Origin: Opitutia bacterium
GTDB taxonomy: Bacteria; Verrucomicrobiota; Verrucomicrobiia; Opitutales; T3Sed10-336
Direction of reading: 5' to 3'
DNA: 64,000 bases
Assembly (NCBI GenBank): GCA_050506795.1
Contig: JBJHCF010000005.1
Location: forward strand, 32,001 to 96,000
Position 1 is the first letter of the stretch. The number at the start of each line of letters is the position of its first letter. The position numbers and the translations under genes are program-made. The notes under the pieces are model-generated. The model was not told the DNA's origin and ran no database searches. It was given only the letters and a program-made list of their open reading frames with translations. Shown piece by piece: positions 26,412 through 38,237 of the stretch.

Positions 26412-27833
26412 GTGTGGATAGTGCTGAGTAAAGTGTTCGGGTGGCTGGTCTCCTACGTCCTGCCTCTCCTGCTGGCGGTGGCGGCGGCGGTTGCCGCCAC
26501 CGGCGCTTGGTTTTATTATCAGGACAACGCTCGGATCGAAGGCGACCGGCTTCAGACCATTGAGCGGTTTATCGAGCAGGAGAGAGAGCTTCTCGAGAGA
26601 CGCCAGGAATTGGAGGAGCGGCTTTCCGAGGTGCGCCGGGAGTTGACCGATGCCCAGATGCGGCTCAATGAGGCGCAGCGTCTGGCCCATCGGTTGCGCA
26701 ACGCGATCGGATTCTGGGACCGCTTGTTTGCCAGCCGGGAGGAACGGGTGGCGCGTGAACAGGAATTGGCGCGGGCCGAACGGGAGGAGCAGGAGGCCAA
26801 CGAGGCCCTCCGCGTTCGGGAGGAACGCAGGGTAATGCTGGCGGAGGAAGTGGAGGCGGCCCAGGCCGAAATCGAAAGCCTTCGGGCCGAGAGAAGTGAG
26901 TTGGATTACGATGATCCCGATTTGATCCACTACGCTACTCGCGCCTGGGAAAGTGCCCGTGTGCCGGTGTTGGTCGGGGTGGGGATGCTGGTCGCCGGCC
27001 CCTGGATTTTTAAATCGTTCCTCTTTTTCCTGTGGGCTCCGTTGGTCAGGTTCGCTCCTCCGCTGGTGATCCGCAAGGGCGAAGCGCCCCCGATCGAGGC
27101 GAGCCCCAGCAAGGTGTCCCTGCAAGTCGATCTCCGGCCCGGGGAAACGTTGTTGGTGAAGGAAAAGTTTTTGCAGGCCTCCGACGAGGGAATACGACGT
27201 CGCACCAAGTTCGTGTTCAACTGGAAGGTCCCTTTCAGTTGCCTGGTGTGCGGATTGGTGGAATTGATCCGCATGTACAATGCCACCGGGGAGGAAACCT
27301 ATAGCGTCACCCTTTCCACCCAGGAGGAGCCCATGACCGAGATCGCGGTGGTCGAAATCCCTTCCGGAGGGTCCCTGGTGCTGCGGCCGCGTTTTCTGGC
27401 GGGAGTGATTCTCCCGCGGGAGGCGAACGGCAAACCGGTCCGAATTTATCGGCACTGGAGACTGTTTTCCTTAAACGCCTGGTTGACCCTGCGCTTCCGG
27501 CATTTCGAGTTTCGAGGCCCGTGCCGGCTGATCGTCGCCGGGAAACGGGGAGTGCGTCTGGAGCGCCTGGAAAACGTCACCCGCGAGCAAAAACGGGCTC
27601 GCCGCACCAATCAGACCGCGACCATCGGTTTCACCCCGGAACTGAATCATCACTGTATCCGAGCCGAAACCTTCTGGTCGTTCTTCCGCGGCCGGAATCC
27701 CCTGTTCGATGATCTTTTTTCCGGCAGCGGCAGTTTTATCTGTCAGGAAATCGCCGAACGCCGCAAGGAAATCGGCGTCCGGCGACTGTGGTCGGGTTTC
27801 TGGAACAGCCTGTTGAAAATCTTCGGCCTGTGA
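26412..27833 (+). CDS. Membrane protein: TM - coiled coil - TM - beta-rich (AIM24-like?) domain
   Basis: Hydrophobic N-terminus, E/R-rich coiled coil, second TM, then LRPGETLLVK...GGSLVLRPRFLAG...FEFRGPCRLIVAG. Confidence 0.55.
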   Translation: MWIVLSKVFGWLVSYVLPLLLAVAAAVAATGAWFYYQDNARIEGDRLQTIERFIEQERELLERRQELEERLSEVRRELTDAQMRLNEAQRLAHRLRNAIGFWDRLFASREERVAREQELARAEREEQEANEALRVREERRVMLAEEVEAAQAEIESLRAERSELDYDDPDLIHYATRAWESARVPVLVGVGMLVAGPWIFKSFLFFLWAPLVRFAPPLVIRKGEAPPIEASPSKVSLQVDLRPGETLLVKEKFLQASDEGIRRRTKFVFNWKVPFSCLVCGLVELIRMYNATGEETYSVTLSTQEEPMTEIAVVEIPSGGSLVLRPRFLAGVILPREANGKPVRIYRHWRLFSLNAWLTLRFRHFEFRGPCRLIVAGKRGVRLERLENVTREQKRARRTNQTATIGFTPELNHHCIRAETFWSFFRGRNPLFDDLFSGSGSFICQEIAERRKEIGVRRLWSGFWNSLLKIFGL

Positions 27834-27874
27834 GCGCCACCAATTCCGCCGGCGATGCCTGGGCCTGACGGGTG

Positions 27875-27904
27875 AATAATTTGCCAGGCAAAATCTCGTT
27901 GACA
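27875..27904. promoter_or_regulatory. Palindromic motif, copy 1: AATAATTTGCCAGGCAAAATCTCGTTGACA
   Basis: 27/30 identical to 59752-59781. Confidence 0.55.
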
Positions 27905-28005
27905 GGCGACGAACGCATAATCGGCTTGGGGTGAGTCACTTGAGGGGCTGACGGCCAATTACTGGCTTGTCATTTTCGATCGGGGACGTCCTATGGGGAG
28001 GACCG

Positions 28006-29076
28006 ATGATTCGCATTTCCGTAGAAAAGGTTAGCAAACACTTTGGCCAGGTGCGGGCCTTGGATGACCTGAGTCTGGAGGTTGAGCCGGGAGAATTGTA
28101 TTTCCTGTTGGGGCCGAGCGGTTGCGGCAAGACGACCCTTCTGCGCAGCTTGGCCGGGTTTTATACTCCGGATGCGGGGCGAATTTTCTTTGGAGACCGC
28201 GACGTGACAGCGATGCCGGCGCACAAGCGTAACACCGGTATGGTGTTCCAGAGCTACGCGTTATGGCCCCATTTGACGGTGGAGAAAAACGTCGCCTTCG
28301 GGCTGGAGGAGCGAAAAGTTCCCCGTGACGAGGTCCACCGGCGGGTGCGCGAAGCCTTGGCCTCGGTGCGAATGGAGGGTTATGGCGGGCGAAAGCCGAA
28401 CCAGTTGTCCGGGGGACAGCAGCAGCGGGTGGCTTTGGCGCGCGCCCTGGTGATCCGGCCGCAATGTTTGTTTCTGGACGAACCTCTGTCCAATCTCGAC
28501 GCCAAACTGCGATTGGAAATGCGCGCGGAAATCCGGCGGGTCTGCAAGGAGTACGAATTGACCGCGGTTTACGTCACTCACGACCAGAAGGAAGCACTCT
28601 CGATCTCGGATCGTCTGGCGGTGATGGATGCCGGAAAGGTGTTGCAGGTGGGAACGCCCTGGGAGGTTTATCGGCGTCCGGCGTCGGAAATTGTGGCCGG
28701 CTTTATCGGTGAAACCAACCTGATCGAAGGGGTTGTGCGATACATCGGTGGAGGAATGGCCAGTGTTGAAACCGCTTTGGGAGAATTCCAGGGAGTACTT
28801 TCCGGTGAGCATGAGGAGTTCGAGACCGGCAATCAGGTCGCTTTGTCGATTCGGCCGGAGTGTTGGCGTTTGGAGCGATTCAGGGACGAAACCAATTCCG
28901 TTGGCGGGCGAATCGAAGGATCCGTATATCTGGGCGAGGTCTCACAGCATGAGTTTGTCAGTAACGAGCATCCCATTAAAATTCTCGAGTTGAACCCGCG
29001 TTTTGCCGGGGGGTCCGTCAAGCAGGATCTCTTCGCCAGCGTGGACCCGGAGGATGTGGTGATCCTCAGGAGGTAA
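28006..29076 (+). CDS. ABC transporter ATP-binding protein (PotA/FbpC type)
   Basis: GPSGCGKT, LSGGQQQRVALAR, LDEPLSNLD, TOBE-like C-terminus; GGAGG RBS. Confidence 0.92.
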   Translation: MIRISVEKVSKHFGQVRALDDLSLEVEPGELYFLLGPSGCGKTTLLRSLAGFYTPDAGRIFFGDRDVTAMPAHKRNTGMVFQSYALWPHLTVEKNVAFGLEERKVPRDEVHRRVREALASVRMEGYGGRKPNQLSGGQQQRVALARALVIRPQCLFLDEPLSNLDAKLRLEMRAEIRRVCKEYELTAVYVTHDQKEALSISDRLAVMDAGKVLQVGTPWEVYRRPASEIVAGFIGETNLIEGVVRYIGGGMASVETALGEFQGVLSGEHEEFETGNQVALSIRPECWRLERFRDETNSVGGRIEGSVYLGEVSQHEFVSNEHPIKILELNPRFAGGSVKQDLFASVDPEDVVILRR

Positions 29077-29082
29077 CGGGAT

Positions 29083-30657
29083 ATGTTTGGACGGATCTGT
29101 CTTGTCTTCGCTTTGGTTCTGGTCGTGGCCTTGCCGTTCCTGTTGCGCCCGTCCGAAGACGCGCTGTACGAATATGACGAGGTGCTGGTTATCGTGACGC
29201 CCCACAACGAGGCGATTCGTCACGAGTTTTCGCATGGATTCCGGCGCTGGTACCAGGAGCGGACCGGGCAGGTGGTGCGGATCGATTGGCGGATTCCCGG
29301 TGGGACCAGTGAGATTGCGCGCATGTTGGCCTCCGAATACCAGGCTGCGTTCCGCAATTATTGGACCCGGGAACTGGGGCAATCCTGGAGCCGTTCGGTG
29401 GCGGGAGCTTTCGACAATCCCGATGCGGATTCGGATTCGACGGAGGGGGCGGCGCGCCGCGCGTTTCTCGAATCGGACGTCGGTATCGGTATCGACCTGT
29501 TTTTTGGCGGCGGCAGTTTTGAGTTTGGGCGTCAGGCCCGGGCCGGGCGATTGGTGCCGGCGGGGCTCTTGGAGAGGCGTCCGGAGTGGTTTCGGGATGA
29601 GTCGTTTCCGCTGGAAGTCGGCGGCGAACCGTTTCGCGATGCCGAAGGGCGGTGGTTTGGGGTCGTGATGTCCAGTTTCGGTATTATTTACAACACGGTT
29701 TCCCTGGAGAGGTTGGGCATCGAGTCCGCTCCGGACCGGTGGGAGGATTTGGCGGACCCCAGGTTTTTTGGTGAACTGGCGCTGGCCGATCCGACCAAGA
29801 GTGGTTCGATCGCAAAAGCCTTTGAGATGGTGATCCAGGAACAGATCCAACTCACTCAGGCGGAGATGGACGGTGAAGGCGATTACGTGGCGGTGGGGTG
29901 GGACCGTGCCATGCGCTTGATTCAGGCGATGGGGGCCAATGCGCGCTATTTCACGGACTCCGCCAGCCAGCCAATTGTCGATGTCGCTCTCGGTGATGCC
30001 GCGGCCGGGATGAGCATCGATTTTTATGGGCGCTTCCAGGAGGAGACTTTAACTCGTCGCGGCGCCGACCGCTTCCGTTACGTCACGCCCCTGGGGGGAT
30101 CCACGTTGTCGGTGGATCCGGTCGGAATGCTGCGCGGCGCTCCGAATCCGGAACTGGCGAGTGCCTTCATCGAGTACACGATTTCGCTGGAGGGGCAGAA
30201 GCTGTGGAACTTCCGGCCCGGGACGGAGGGAGGACCGCAACGGTTTGCGTTGAGGCGGATTCCGGTGCGGAAGGAGTTTTACACCGAAGATTGGGGCCAC
30301 CTGCGCTCGGATCCGGACGTGCAACCCTACGAGGCGGCGGAGGATTTTATTTATCATCCCGAGTGGACGGGCCCGCTCTTCCGTGAAATGAGCTTTATCG
30401 TCCGGGTCATGTGCCTGGATGTACATGACGAATTGAGGGAAGCCTGGCGGCAGTTGATCCGAGCGGACTTTCCTCCGGAGGCAACCGCGGTCTTTGGCGA
30501 TCTTTCCCGGGTTTCGCATGACGAAGCATCGCGAAACATCACCGCCGCCTTGCGATCTCCAGATCCTCTCGACGAGGTGCGACTGGCCCGCGAGGTGGGG
30601 GCGCATTTTCGAGAACAGTACCGTCGCGCGGCAAGTCTGGCGATGCGGGGGCAATGA
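29083..30657 (+). CDS. ABC substrate-binding protein (Fe3+/thiamine/polyamine class)
   Basis: IVTPHNE, PGGTSEI, DLFFGGG, PDRWEDLADP, LADPTKSGS. Confidence 0.8.
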   Translation: MFGRICLVFALVLVVALPFLLRPSEDALYEYDEVLVIVTPHNEAIRHEFSHGFRRWYQERTGQVVRIDWRIPGGTSEIARMLASEYQAAFRNYWTRELGQSWSRSVAGAFDNPDADSDSTEGAARRAFLESDVGIGIDLFFGGGSFEFGRQARAGRLVPAGLLERRPEWFRDESFPLEVGGEPFRDAEGRWFGVVMSSFGIIYNTVSLERLGIESAPDRWEDLADPRFFGELALADPTKSGSIAKAFEMVIQEQIQLTQAEMDGEGDYVAVGWDRAMRLIQAMGANARYFTDSASQPIVDVALGDAAAGMSIDFYGRFQEETLTRRGADRFRYVTPLGGSTLSVDPVGMLRGAPNPELASAFIEYTISLEGQKLWNFRPGTEGGPQRFALRRIPVRKEFYTEDWGHLRSDPDVQPYEAAEDFIYHPEWTGPLFREMSFIVRVMCLDVHDELREAWRQLIRADFPPEATAVFGDLSRVSHDEASRNITAALRSPDPLDEVRLAREVGAHFREQYRRAASLAMRGQ

Positions 30658-30679
30658 TGGCGAGGCGGGTCAAAGGGGA

Positions 30680-30967
30680 TCAATCGATCCAAGCCTCCGG
30701 CCTCAGGCGTTTGGGATCGGGGCTTTCCTCTTCCGCGAAATAAACGGCCAGGCGAATCAGGGGGAGTTTGTAGTCCGGCGTGTCGGGTCGCATCCGTTTC
30801 AACTGGTCATAAAGAACTTCGGGCGATCGGCCGGCCAGTTGATAGGTCCGGTCGAATCCCAGGTCGATCAGGTCCCGGGCGGTGGAGACGTCCATGCGCG
30901 GAATCTGCATGAAGTGAGAATTGAGTGCCTCGTAGTCGGTTTTCTTCTCTTTTGGCTTTCGGCGCAT
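30680..30967 (-). CDS. Helix-hairpin-helix protein (Cdd1/TfoX-C-like)
   Basis: FMQIPRMDVSTARDLIDLG..QLAGRSPEVLY..RLAVYFAE..W. Confidence 0.7.
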   Translation of the reverse strand: MRRKPKEKKTDYEALNSHFMQIPRMDVSTARDLIDLGFDRTYQLAGRSPEVLYDQLKRMRPDTPDYKLPLIRLAVYFAEEESPDPKRLRPEAWID

Positions 30968-31201
30968 GGTTTTCCTACAGCTTGGGGAAACCTCGGTACG
31001 GATGCGAACCCGAACTTTGCCCGCCTGACGATCGACCCTCGGCGCTGCCGGTGGGGTGTGCCACAAAGGAAATAAGAACCGGTTCTACTGGGACACAACT
31101 GGGAATTGTTGGCACAGTTGTAGACGGGATTTTTGCTCCTGAAATGCAGGTCAATGTTTTTAGTTATTTTAATTCAATGGTTTATGGAAAATAATCCGAA
31201 G

Positions 31202-31216
31202 TGGCATGCCTGCTGC
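31202..31216 (+). promoter_or_regulatory. Putative sigma54 promoter of dnaK
   Basis: TGGCAT-GCCTG-CTGC (GG-N10-GC), preceded by an AT-rich tract. Confidence 0.55.
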
Positions 31217-31230
31217 TTTTCGAGTTAGGC

Positions 31231-33180
31231 ATGAGCAAGATTTTAGGCATTGATCTGGGGACGACCAATTCGTGCATGGCTGTCATGGAAGGCGGGGAAG
31301 CGAAAGTGATTCCGAACGCCGAGGGCGGTCGGACAACGCCTTCCATTGTGGCTTTCACCAAGGATGGAGAAAGACTGGTGGGCCAGGCGGCCAAGCGTCA
31401 GGCGGTGACCAACCCGCAGAACACCATCTTTTCCGCCAAGAGATTGATCGGCCGGCGCTTTGACGAGGTTCAGGAGGAGATCAAGGCGCTGCCCTACAAG
31501 GTTGTGGAGGGCAAGAATGGGGATGCTTATATCGAGGTGCGGGAAGGGAGCGATACGAAATCGTACAGCCCGCAGCAGATCGCGTCCTTCGTGTTGGCCA
31601 AGATGAAGGCGGATGCCGAGAGTTACCTGGGTGAAAAGGTGACTCAGGCCGTGATTACCGTGCCCGCCTATTTCAACGATTCCCAGCGCCAGGCGACCAA
31701 AGACGCGGGCAAGATCGCCGGATTGGAGGTGCTTCGCATCATCAACGAGCCGACCGCGGCGTCTCTGGCTTATGGGCTGGACAAAAAGAAGGACGAAAAG
31801 ATCGCGGTCTTCGATTTGGGTGGCGGGACATTCGATGTGACCATCCTGGAGATCGGCGACGGAGTTTTTGAGGTCAAGGCGACCCACGGTGACACTCATC
31901 TGGGGGGTGATAATTGGGATGACGCCATTATCCGTTGGTTGATCGAGGACTTTAAAAAGGAAAACGGCATCGACCTCGGGCAGGACCCGATGGCCAAGCA
32001 GCGCCTTAAGGAAGAAGCGGAGAAAGCCAAAATCGCGCTCTCCTCCGCCCAGTCCGTCGATATTAACCTGCCGTTTATCACGGCCGATGCCACCGGGCCG
32101 AAGCACCTCAACGTCACGCTCACCCGCTCGAAATTCAATCAGATCTGCGACCATCTGTTCGATCGCACGGTGGCGCCCTTCAAACACTGTCTCAAGGATG
32201 CCGGTTATTCCGCATCGGATATTGATGAACTCGTTCTGGTCGGTGGAATGACCCGTGCTCCCCGCACGGTGGAGATCGCCCACGAATTGGCCGGCAAGGA
32301 ACCGCACAAAGGAGTCAACCCGGATGAAGTCGTTTCGGTGGGGGCGGCGATTCAAGGGGCGGTGCTTTCCGGTGACATGAAAGATGTGTTGTTGCTGGAT
32401 GTGACCCCGTTGACGCTCGGCATCGAAACCGCCGGCGGAGTGTGCACGGCGATGATTCCCCGAAACACCACCATCCCGACCAAAAAGTCGCAGGTGTTTT
32501 CCACTTACGGCGACAATCAGCCCTCGGTGGAAATCAAGGTGTTGCAGGGCGAACGGCCGATGGCCAACGACAACAAGGTGCTGGGAACCTTCCACCTCGA
32601 CGGCATCCCACCGGCCCCTCGGGGAATTCCCCAGATCGAGGTGACGTTCGACATCGACGCCAACGGGATTCTCAACGTTTCCGCCAAGGACAAGGGAACG
32701 GGTAAAGATCAGTCGATCACCATTACCGATGCCGGCGGCCTGAGCGAGGACGAAGTCGAGCGGATGCGCAAGGACGCCGAATCTCATGCCGAAGAAGACC
32801 TCAAGCGCAAGGAGGCGGTGGAAGTGAAGAACCAGCTCGATTCGCTGGTTTATCAGACCGAAAAGCAACTCAAAGAGCTCGGTGAAAAGATCCCCGCGGA
32901 AAAGAAGAAACCGTTGGAGGACGCAATCGCCGAGGCCAAATCGGCATTGGAATCCGCGGACCACGACAAGATGAAAAAAGCTCTGGAAGGGCTGAATGCG
33001 GCCATGTCCGCCGTAGCTACCGACCTTTACAGCCAAGCGGGGCAGGAAGGCGCGGCCGGCCCGCAGGCCGAAGATGCGGCTTCATCCGGCGCCGCCGCCG
33101 ACCAGGGTCAGGATGGCAAGGATGACGTGGTGGATGCCGATTTCGAAGTTGTTGACGACGAAGACAAGAAAAAGGGCTAA
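31231..33180 (+). CDS. dnaK: Chaperone DnaK
   Basis: [26 protein letters not shown]-terminal DADFE. Confidence 0.99.
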   Translation: MSKILGIDLGTTNSCMAVMEGGEAKVIPNAEGGRTTPSIVAFTKDGERLVGQAAKRQAVTNPQNTIFSAKRLIGRRFDEVQEEIKALPYKVVEGKNGDAYIEVREGSDTKSYSPQQIASFVLAKMKADAESYLGEKVTQAVITVPAYFNDSQRQATKDAGKIAGLEVLRIINEPTAASLAYGLDKKKDEKIAVFDLGGGTFDVTILEIGDGVFEVKATHGDTHLGGDNWDDAIIRWLIEDFKKENGIDLGQDPMAKQRLKEEAEKAKIALSSAQSVDINLPFITADATGPKHLNVTLTRSKFNQICDHLFDRTVAPFKHCLKDAGYSASDIDELVLVGGMTRAPRTVEIAHELAGKEPHKGVNPDEVVSVGAAIQGAVLSGDMKDVLLLDVTPLTLGIETAGGVCTAMIPRNTTIPTKKSQVFSTYGDNQPSVEIKVLQGERPMANDNKVLGTFHLDGIPPAPRGIPQIEVTFDIDANGILNVSAKDKGTGKDQSITITDAGGLSEDEVERMRKDAESHAEEDLKRKEAVEVKNQLDSLVYQTEKQLKELGEKIPAEKKKPLEDAIAEAKSALESADHDKMKKALEGLNAAMSAVATDLYSQAGQEGAAGPQAEDAASSGAAADQGQDGKDDVVDADFEVVDDEDKKKG

Positions 33181-33267
33181 CAGATTTCGAGGCGGTGGAG
33201 TTCCGGCTTTCGCCGCCTTCACTGATAAACCTTAACCTAAACCAATACAAAACGATAACCATCGAGT

Positions 33268-33582
33268 ATGAGTAAGACAAAAACAGTCAGTGTGAGCATC
33301 AAGCCGCTTGGGGACAGGGTTCTCATCAAGCACCTTGAAGCTGAGGACGAGCAGACCCAAGGGGGTATCATTATTCCCGATACCGCCAAGGAAAAGCCGC
33401 AAGAGGCCGAGGTGGTCGCTTTGGGCACAGGCAAAAAAGACGAGGACGGCAAGGCCCAATCCTTCGATGTGAAGGTGGGCGACAAGGTCATCGTCTCCAA
33501 ATACGGGGGTACCGAAGTCAAGCTTGACGGCGAAAAGTACCTGCTCGTTCGCGAGGACGACATTCTTGCGGTCATCTCCTGA
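33268..33582 (+). CDS. groES: Co-chaperonin GroES
   Basis: [24 protein letters not shown]. Confidence 0.99.
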   Translation: MSKTKTVSVSIKPLGDRVLIKHLEAEDEQTQGGIIIPDTAKEKPQEAEVVALGTGKKDEDGKAQSFDVKVGDKVIVSKYGGTEVKLDGEKYLLVREDDILAVIS

Positions 33583-33620
33583 ACGCACCAAACCTTAACC
33601 ACTTAGAGTAACAGAGCATT

Positions 33621-35270
<1,650 letters not shown>

Positions 35271-35310
35271 ATCGTCCGTTCGTATTCCAAGCGCACGAAT
35301 CGCTTACACC

Positions 35311-35346
35311 AAGGCGCTCCTTCCGACGAAGGAGCGCCTTTTGTTT
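35311..35346 (+). terminator. Intrinsic terminator after groEL
   Basis: AAGGCGCTCCTTC-CGAC-GAAGGAGCGCCTT followed by TTGTTT. Confidence 0.85.
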
Positions 35347-35396
35347 GCCGGCGAAAGCGGGCGGTACCGGAAACGGGGTTCCGCGGGGGGGCGGAT

Positions 35397-36158
35397 TCAC
35401 AACAGTCCGGCTTCTTTAAAGCTGTAAAACCCCTTTTGATGGGGGTCGTGGTGTTCGTCCCCGATGATGATGTGATCGAGCAATTCGATGGAAACGGTTT
35501 TCCCGGCTTCCCGCAATTGCCGGGTTACCTGGATATCGGCGCTGCTTGGCGAGGGGTCGCCGCTGGGGTGATTGTGCACTCCGATGAGCGACAGGGCGCC
35601 GCTTCGAATCGCTTCTCGAAAGACTTCCCTCGGATGCACCAGGCTGCTGCTGGCGGTGCCGGAGGTGACTTCGCATCGTTTGATCAGGCGGTTCTTCCGG
35701 TTGAGACAGAGCACCCAGAATTTCTCCACCTCCAAACCCGCGGTGAGGGGACGCAGGTACTGGAAGACCAGTTCCGGGCTGTTGAGCAGCGGCTGGAACC
35801 CGTTTTTCTGCACCAGCACCCGGCGGGCGATTTCCATCACGGTGATAAGTTGGAGTGCTTTTACCTTACCGATGCCCTTGAGTTGCATGAAATCGGACTC
35901 GGTCCACTTGATCAGGTCGGATATGGAACCCGCTTGCGAGATTATGTGGGAGGCCAACGACATCACGTCGAGATCGCGGCTGCCGCAGCGCAGCAGCATG
36001 GCAACGAGCTCACTGTCGCTCAGCGATGCCGGACCGTGTTTTTCCAGTCGCTCCTGAGGACGCTCGTTGACCGCGAGATCGCGCAGCCGCACGCAACGAT
36101 AGGTTTCATTGACGGCCGGTTCGTGACCGGAAGAAGGGGGTGTCTGCGGGGTAGGCAC
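35397..36158 (-). CDS. radC: RadC/JAB-domain protein
   Basis: ERPQERL..LSDSELVAMLL, GIGKVKA, VHPREVF, HNHPSGDPSPSSAD, LLDHIIIG; start uncertain (GTG 36158). Confidence 0.93.
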   Translation of the reverse strand: MPTPQTPPSSGHEPAVNETYRCVRLRDLAVNERPQERLEKHGPASLSDSELVAMLLRCGSRDLDVMSLASHIISQAGSISDLIKWTESDFMQLKGIGKVKALQLITVMEIARRVLVQKNGFQPLLNSPELVFQYLRPLTAGLEVEKFWVLCLNRKNRLIKRCEVTSGTASSSLVHPREVFREAIRSGALSLIGVHNHPSGDPSPSSADIQVTRQLREAGKTVSIELLDHIIIGDEHHDPHQKGFYSFKEAGLL

Positions 36159-36417
36159 AAAAAGAGATATTTCGGGTTTCCGGCGGGGAGACGAGGAAAA
36201 AGTGCAAGAAGTCTGTGTGGGCAAAAAACACCAATTTTGCCGGATAAGTGGACCGAACTGGCGATTGGCATGCGCGATGCGAAACGGATGTTATTCGTTT
36301 GTTTAACCGCAACACTGGAACGGAGGAGAAGAATTTGCAGGAAATTGGAGCAGTTGGCGTGTTAAATTTGCAACAAAAACGGAATCTTCCGGTGAATATA
36401 GGCTTGATTATTTAATC

Positions 36418-36432
36418 TGGCACGCTTTTAGC
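36418..36432 (+). promoter_or_regulatory. Putative sigma54 promoter
   Basis: TGGCAC-GCTTT-TAGC (GG-N10-GC) upstream of the porin gene. Confidence 0.6.
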
Positions 36433-36471
36433 TAAGGTATGACTTAATATTGGCTGGTTGAACTGTGGCCA

Positions 36472-37215
36472 ATGTTAAAAACCACTACAAACAAGAGCAC
36501 GATGATGAAAAAAACACTATTGAAAAGCCTGGCGGCTGCGACCGTTTTTGCCGGAAGCACAGTGGCCTATGGGCAGTTGACGCCGGAGGACATAACCGTT
36601 GATACCGAGTTTGCGTTCGAGTCCGAATATTCTTTTCGTGGCTCCAAGCTGGGTGGCCCCAGCATGCAGCCCGGGATGGAGATCGGGGTAAAGGACGCCT
36701 ACTTCGGCACCTGGATGTCCATGCCGTTGTCGCGTGGACCCGGGGCCGGCGATAATGAAGTCGATTTTTATGTCGGCTACGTTTTCACGCTGAATGAAAT
36801 GGTGGAGCTTGATATCGGTTACACCTATTACTGGTATCCGGAAGGCGGCAGCGACCGTGAGCCTTTTATCGGGGCGGCGTTTGATGTATTTCTCGATCCG
36901 GCGTTGTACCTTTTTTATGAGACCGAAAGTGAGACTTTCACTCTGGAACTCTCCGGCGGCTACGCCTTTGATCTGGAAGAGATGGGCCTTGCTGGATTTG
37001 AACTCGACCTGGGGGCCTACGTGGGTTTGATCGCCGATACCGATGAAGAAGAGGAATGGGTCTACTACGGCCTGTCCGCGGACATCGTTTATGCGCTGAA
37101 CGAGGTGACTTCCTTCTCGATCGGAGCTCGTTTTGCCGGCAACAGCGACGACGCCCTGGGTGGTGAGCCTCAGCATCAGCTCTGGTGGGGAACGGCGGTC
37201 AGCATGGCGTTCTAA
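36472..37215 (+). CDS. TorF/gcw_chp-family putative outer-membrane beta-barrel
   Basis: Signal peptide, ESEYSFRG, NEVDFYVGY, DIGYTYYWYP, terminal Phe. Confidence 0.75.
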   Translation: MLKTTTNKSTMMKKTLLKSLAAATVFAGSTVAYGQLTPEDITVDTEFAFESEYSFRGSKLGGPSMQPGMEIGVKDAYFGTWMSMPLSRGPGAGDNEVDFYVGYVFTLNEMVELDIGYTYYWYPEGGSDREPFIGAAFDVFLDPALYLFYETESETFTLELSGGYAFDLEEMGLAGFELDLGAYVGLIADTDEEEEWVYYGLSADIVYALNEVTSFSIGARFAGNSDDALGGEPQHQLWWGTAVSMAF

Positions 37216-37267
37216 GTCGCCTTCTGACGCATAATTTCCAACCCGATTTTGGGATGGTTTGATGGTT

Positions 37268-37300
37268 GACGCCCGTTTCTCCGCAGGGGGGACGGGCGTC
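37268..37300 (+). terminator. Hairpin / probable terminator
   Basis: GACGCCCGT...ACGGGCGTC. Confidence 0.5.
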
Positions 37301-37349
37301 TCATTTGTGATCGCTTGCCAGGGGGCGGGATAGAGTCACAATAAGGGTT

Positions 37350-38168
37350 ATGGACCAAAAAAGAGGAGATTACACGGAAAGGGAAGCCCATATCGATCCG
37401 CTCAAAGGAACCTACCACGATAACATTGTCGACAATCCTCTGGTGCTGAAGAGCCTGGAGGCCAAAGACACGGCGCTTCTCGTAATTGACATGCAGTATC
37501 TCGATGCGTCGGAAGGGCATGGGGTGTTTGCGGACGTGAACACGTCGGGAGTGCGTCCGGAGGATGCGCGGTATTATTTCGATCAGTTAAAGACCAAGGT
37601 TATTCCCAATATCGCCCGCCTGCAAAAGGCTTTTCGCAACCACGGGATGGAGGTTATTCATACCAGGATTCAGGCATTGACCCGTGATGGGCGTGATCGC
37701 AGTGCCGGCCATAAACGTTTGGGTTTGCTGGCCACGCCGGGATCGAAGGAGGCGGAATTTTTGCCGGAAGTCGCTCCTGTGGGTGATGAAATCGTCATCA
37801 ACAAGACCGCGAGCGGGGTCTTCCCGACGACCAATCTTTATTACGTTCTCAGAAACATGGGTATCAATGCCCTGTTTGTGACGGGGGTCTACAGCAATGA
37901 ATGCGTTTCCAGTACCATCCGGGGCGCCTGCGACATTGGGTTTCATGTGACAATGATCGATGACGGTTGTACCACCGTGACTCCCGAGTTGCACGAATTC
38001 ACGGTGGCCACTTTGCGGGACCGTTATTGCCGTGTGATCAATACGGATCAGGCCATCGAGGAGATCGGAAAGTACGTGCACGATCCTGCGAAGCGGAAGA
38101 TCGCCACTCTGGTTCCCGAGGACCGGATTTACGACGGTTTGACTTCAGAGGAGCGGAAAGAGGCATGA
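37350..38168 (+). CDS. Isochorismatase-family cysteine hydrolase
   Basis: Asp-Lys-Cys triad: LLVIDMQ, INKT, NECV. Confidence 0.88.
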   Translation: MDQKRGDYTEREAHIDPLKGTYHDNIVDNPLVLKSLEAKDTALLVIDMQYLDASEGHGVFADVNTSGVRPEDARYYFDQLKTKVIPNIARLQKAFRNHGMEVIHTRIQALTRDGRDRSAGHKRLGLLATPGSKEAEFLPEVAPVGDEIVINKTASGVFPTTNLYYVLRNMGINALFVTGVYSNECVSSTIRGACDIGFHVTMIDDGCTTVTPELHEFTVATLRDRYCRVINTDQAIEEIGKYVHDPAKRKIATLVPEDRIYDGLTSEERKEA

Positions 38169-38237
38169 TGCTTTGGCGTGACGCGATTGTGAGCGATTCC
38201 GTAGCCGATTGCCTGTTGTTGACTGGGTGAGGAGCGC

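Noticed and set aside
31060..31230. CIRCE element upstream of dnaK/groESL
   Set aside because: TTGGCAC half-like sequence has no GAGTGCTAA partner at 9-bp spacing
31243..33036. 597-aa ORF antisense to dnaK
   Set aside because: Well-known antisense shadow ORF caused by codon bias; dnaK is the real gene
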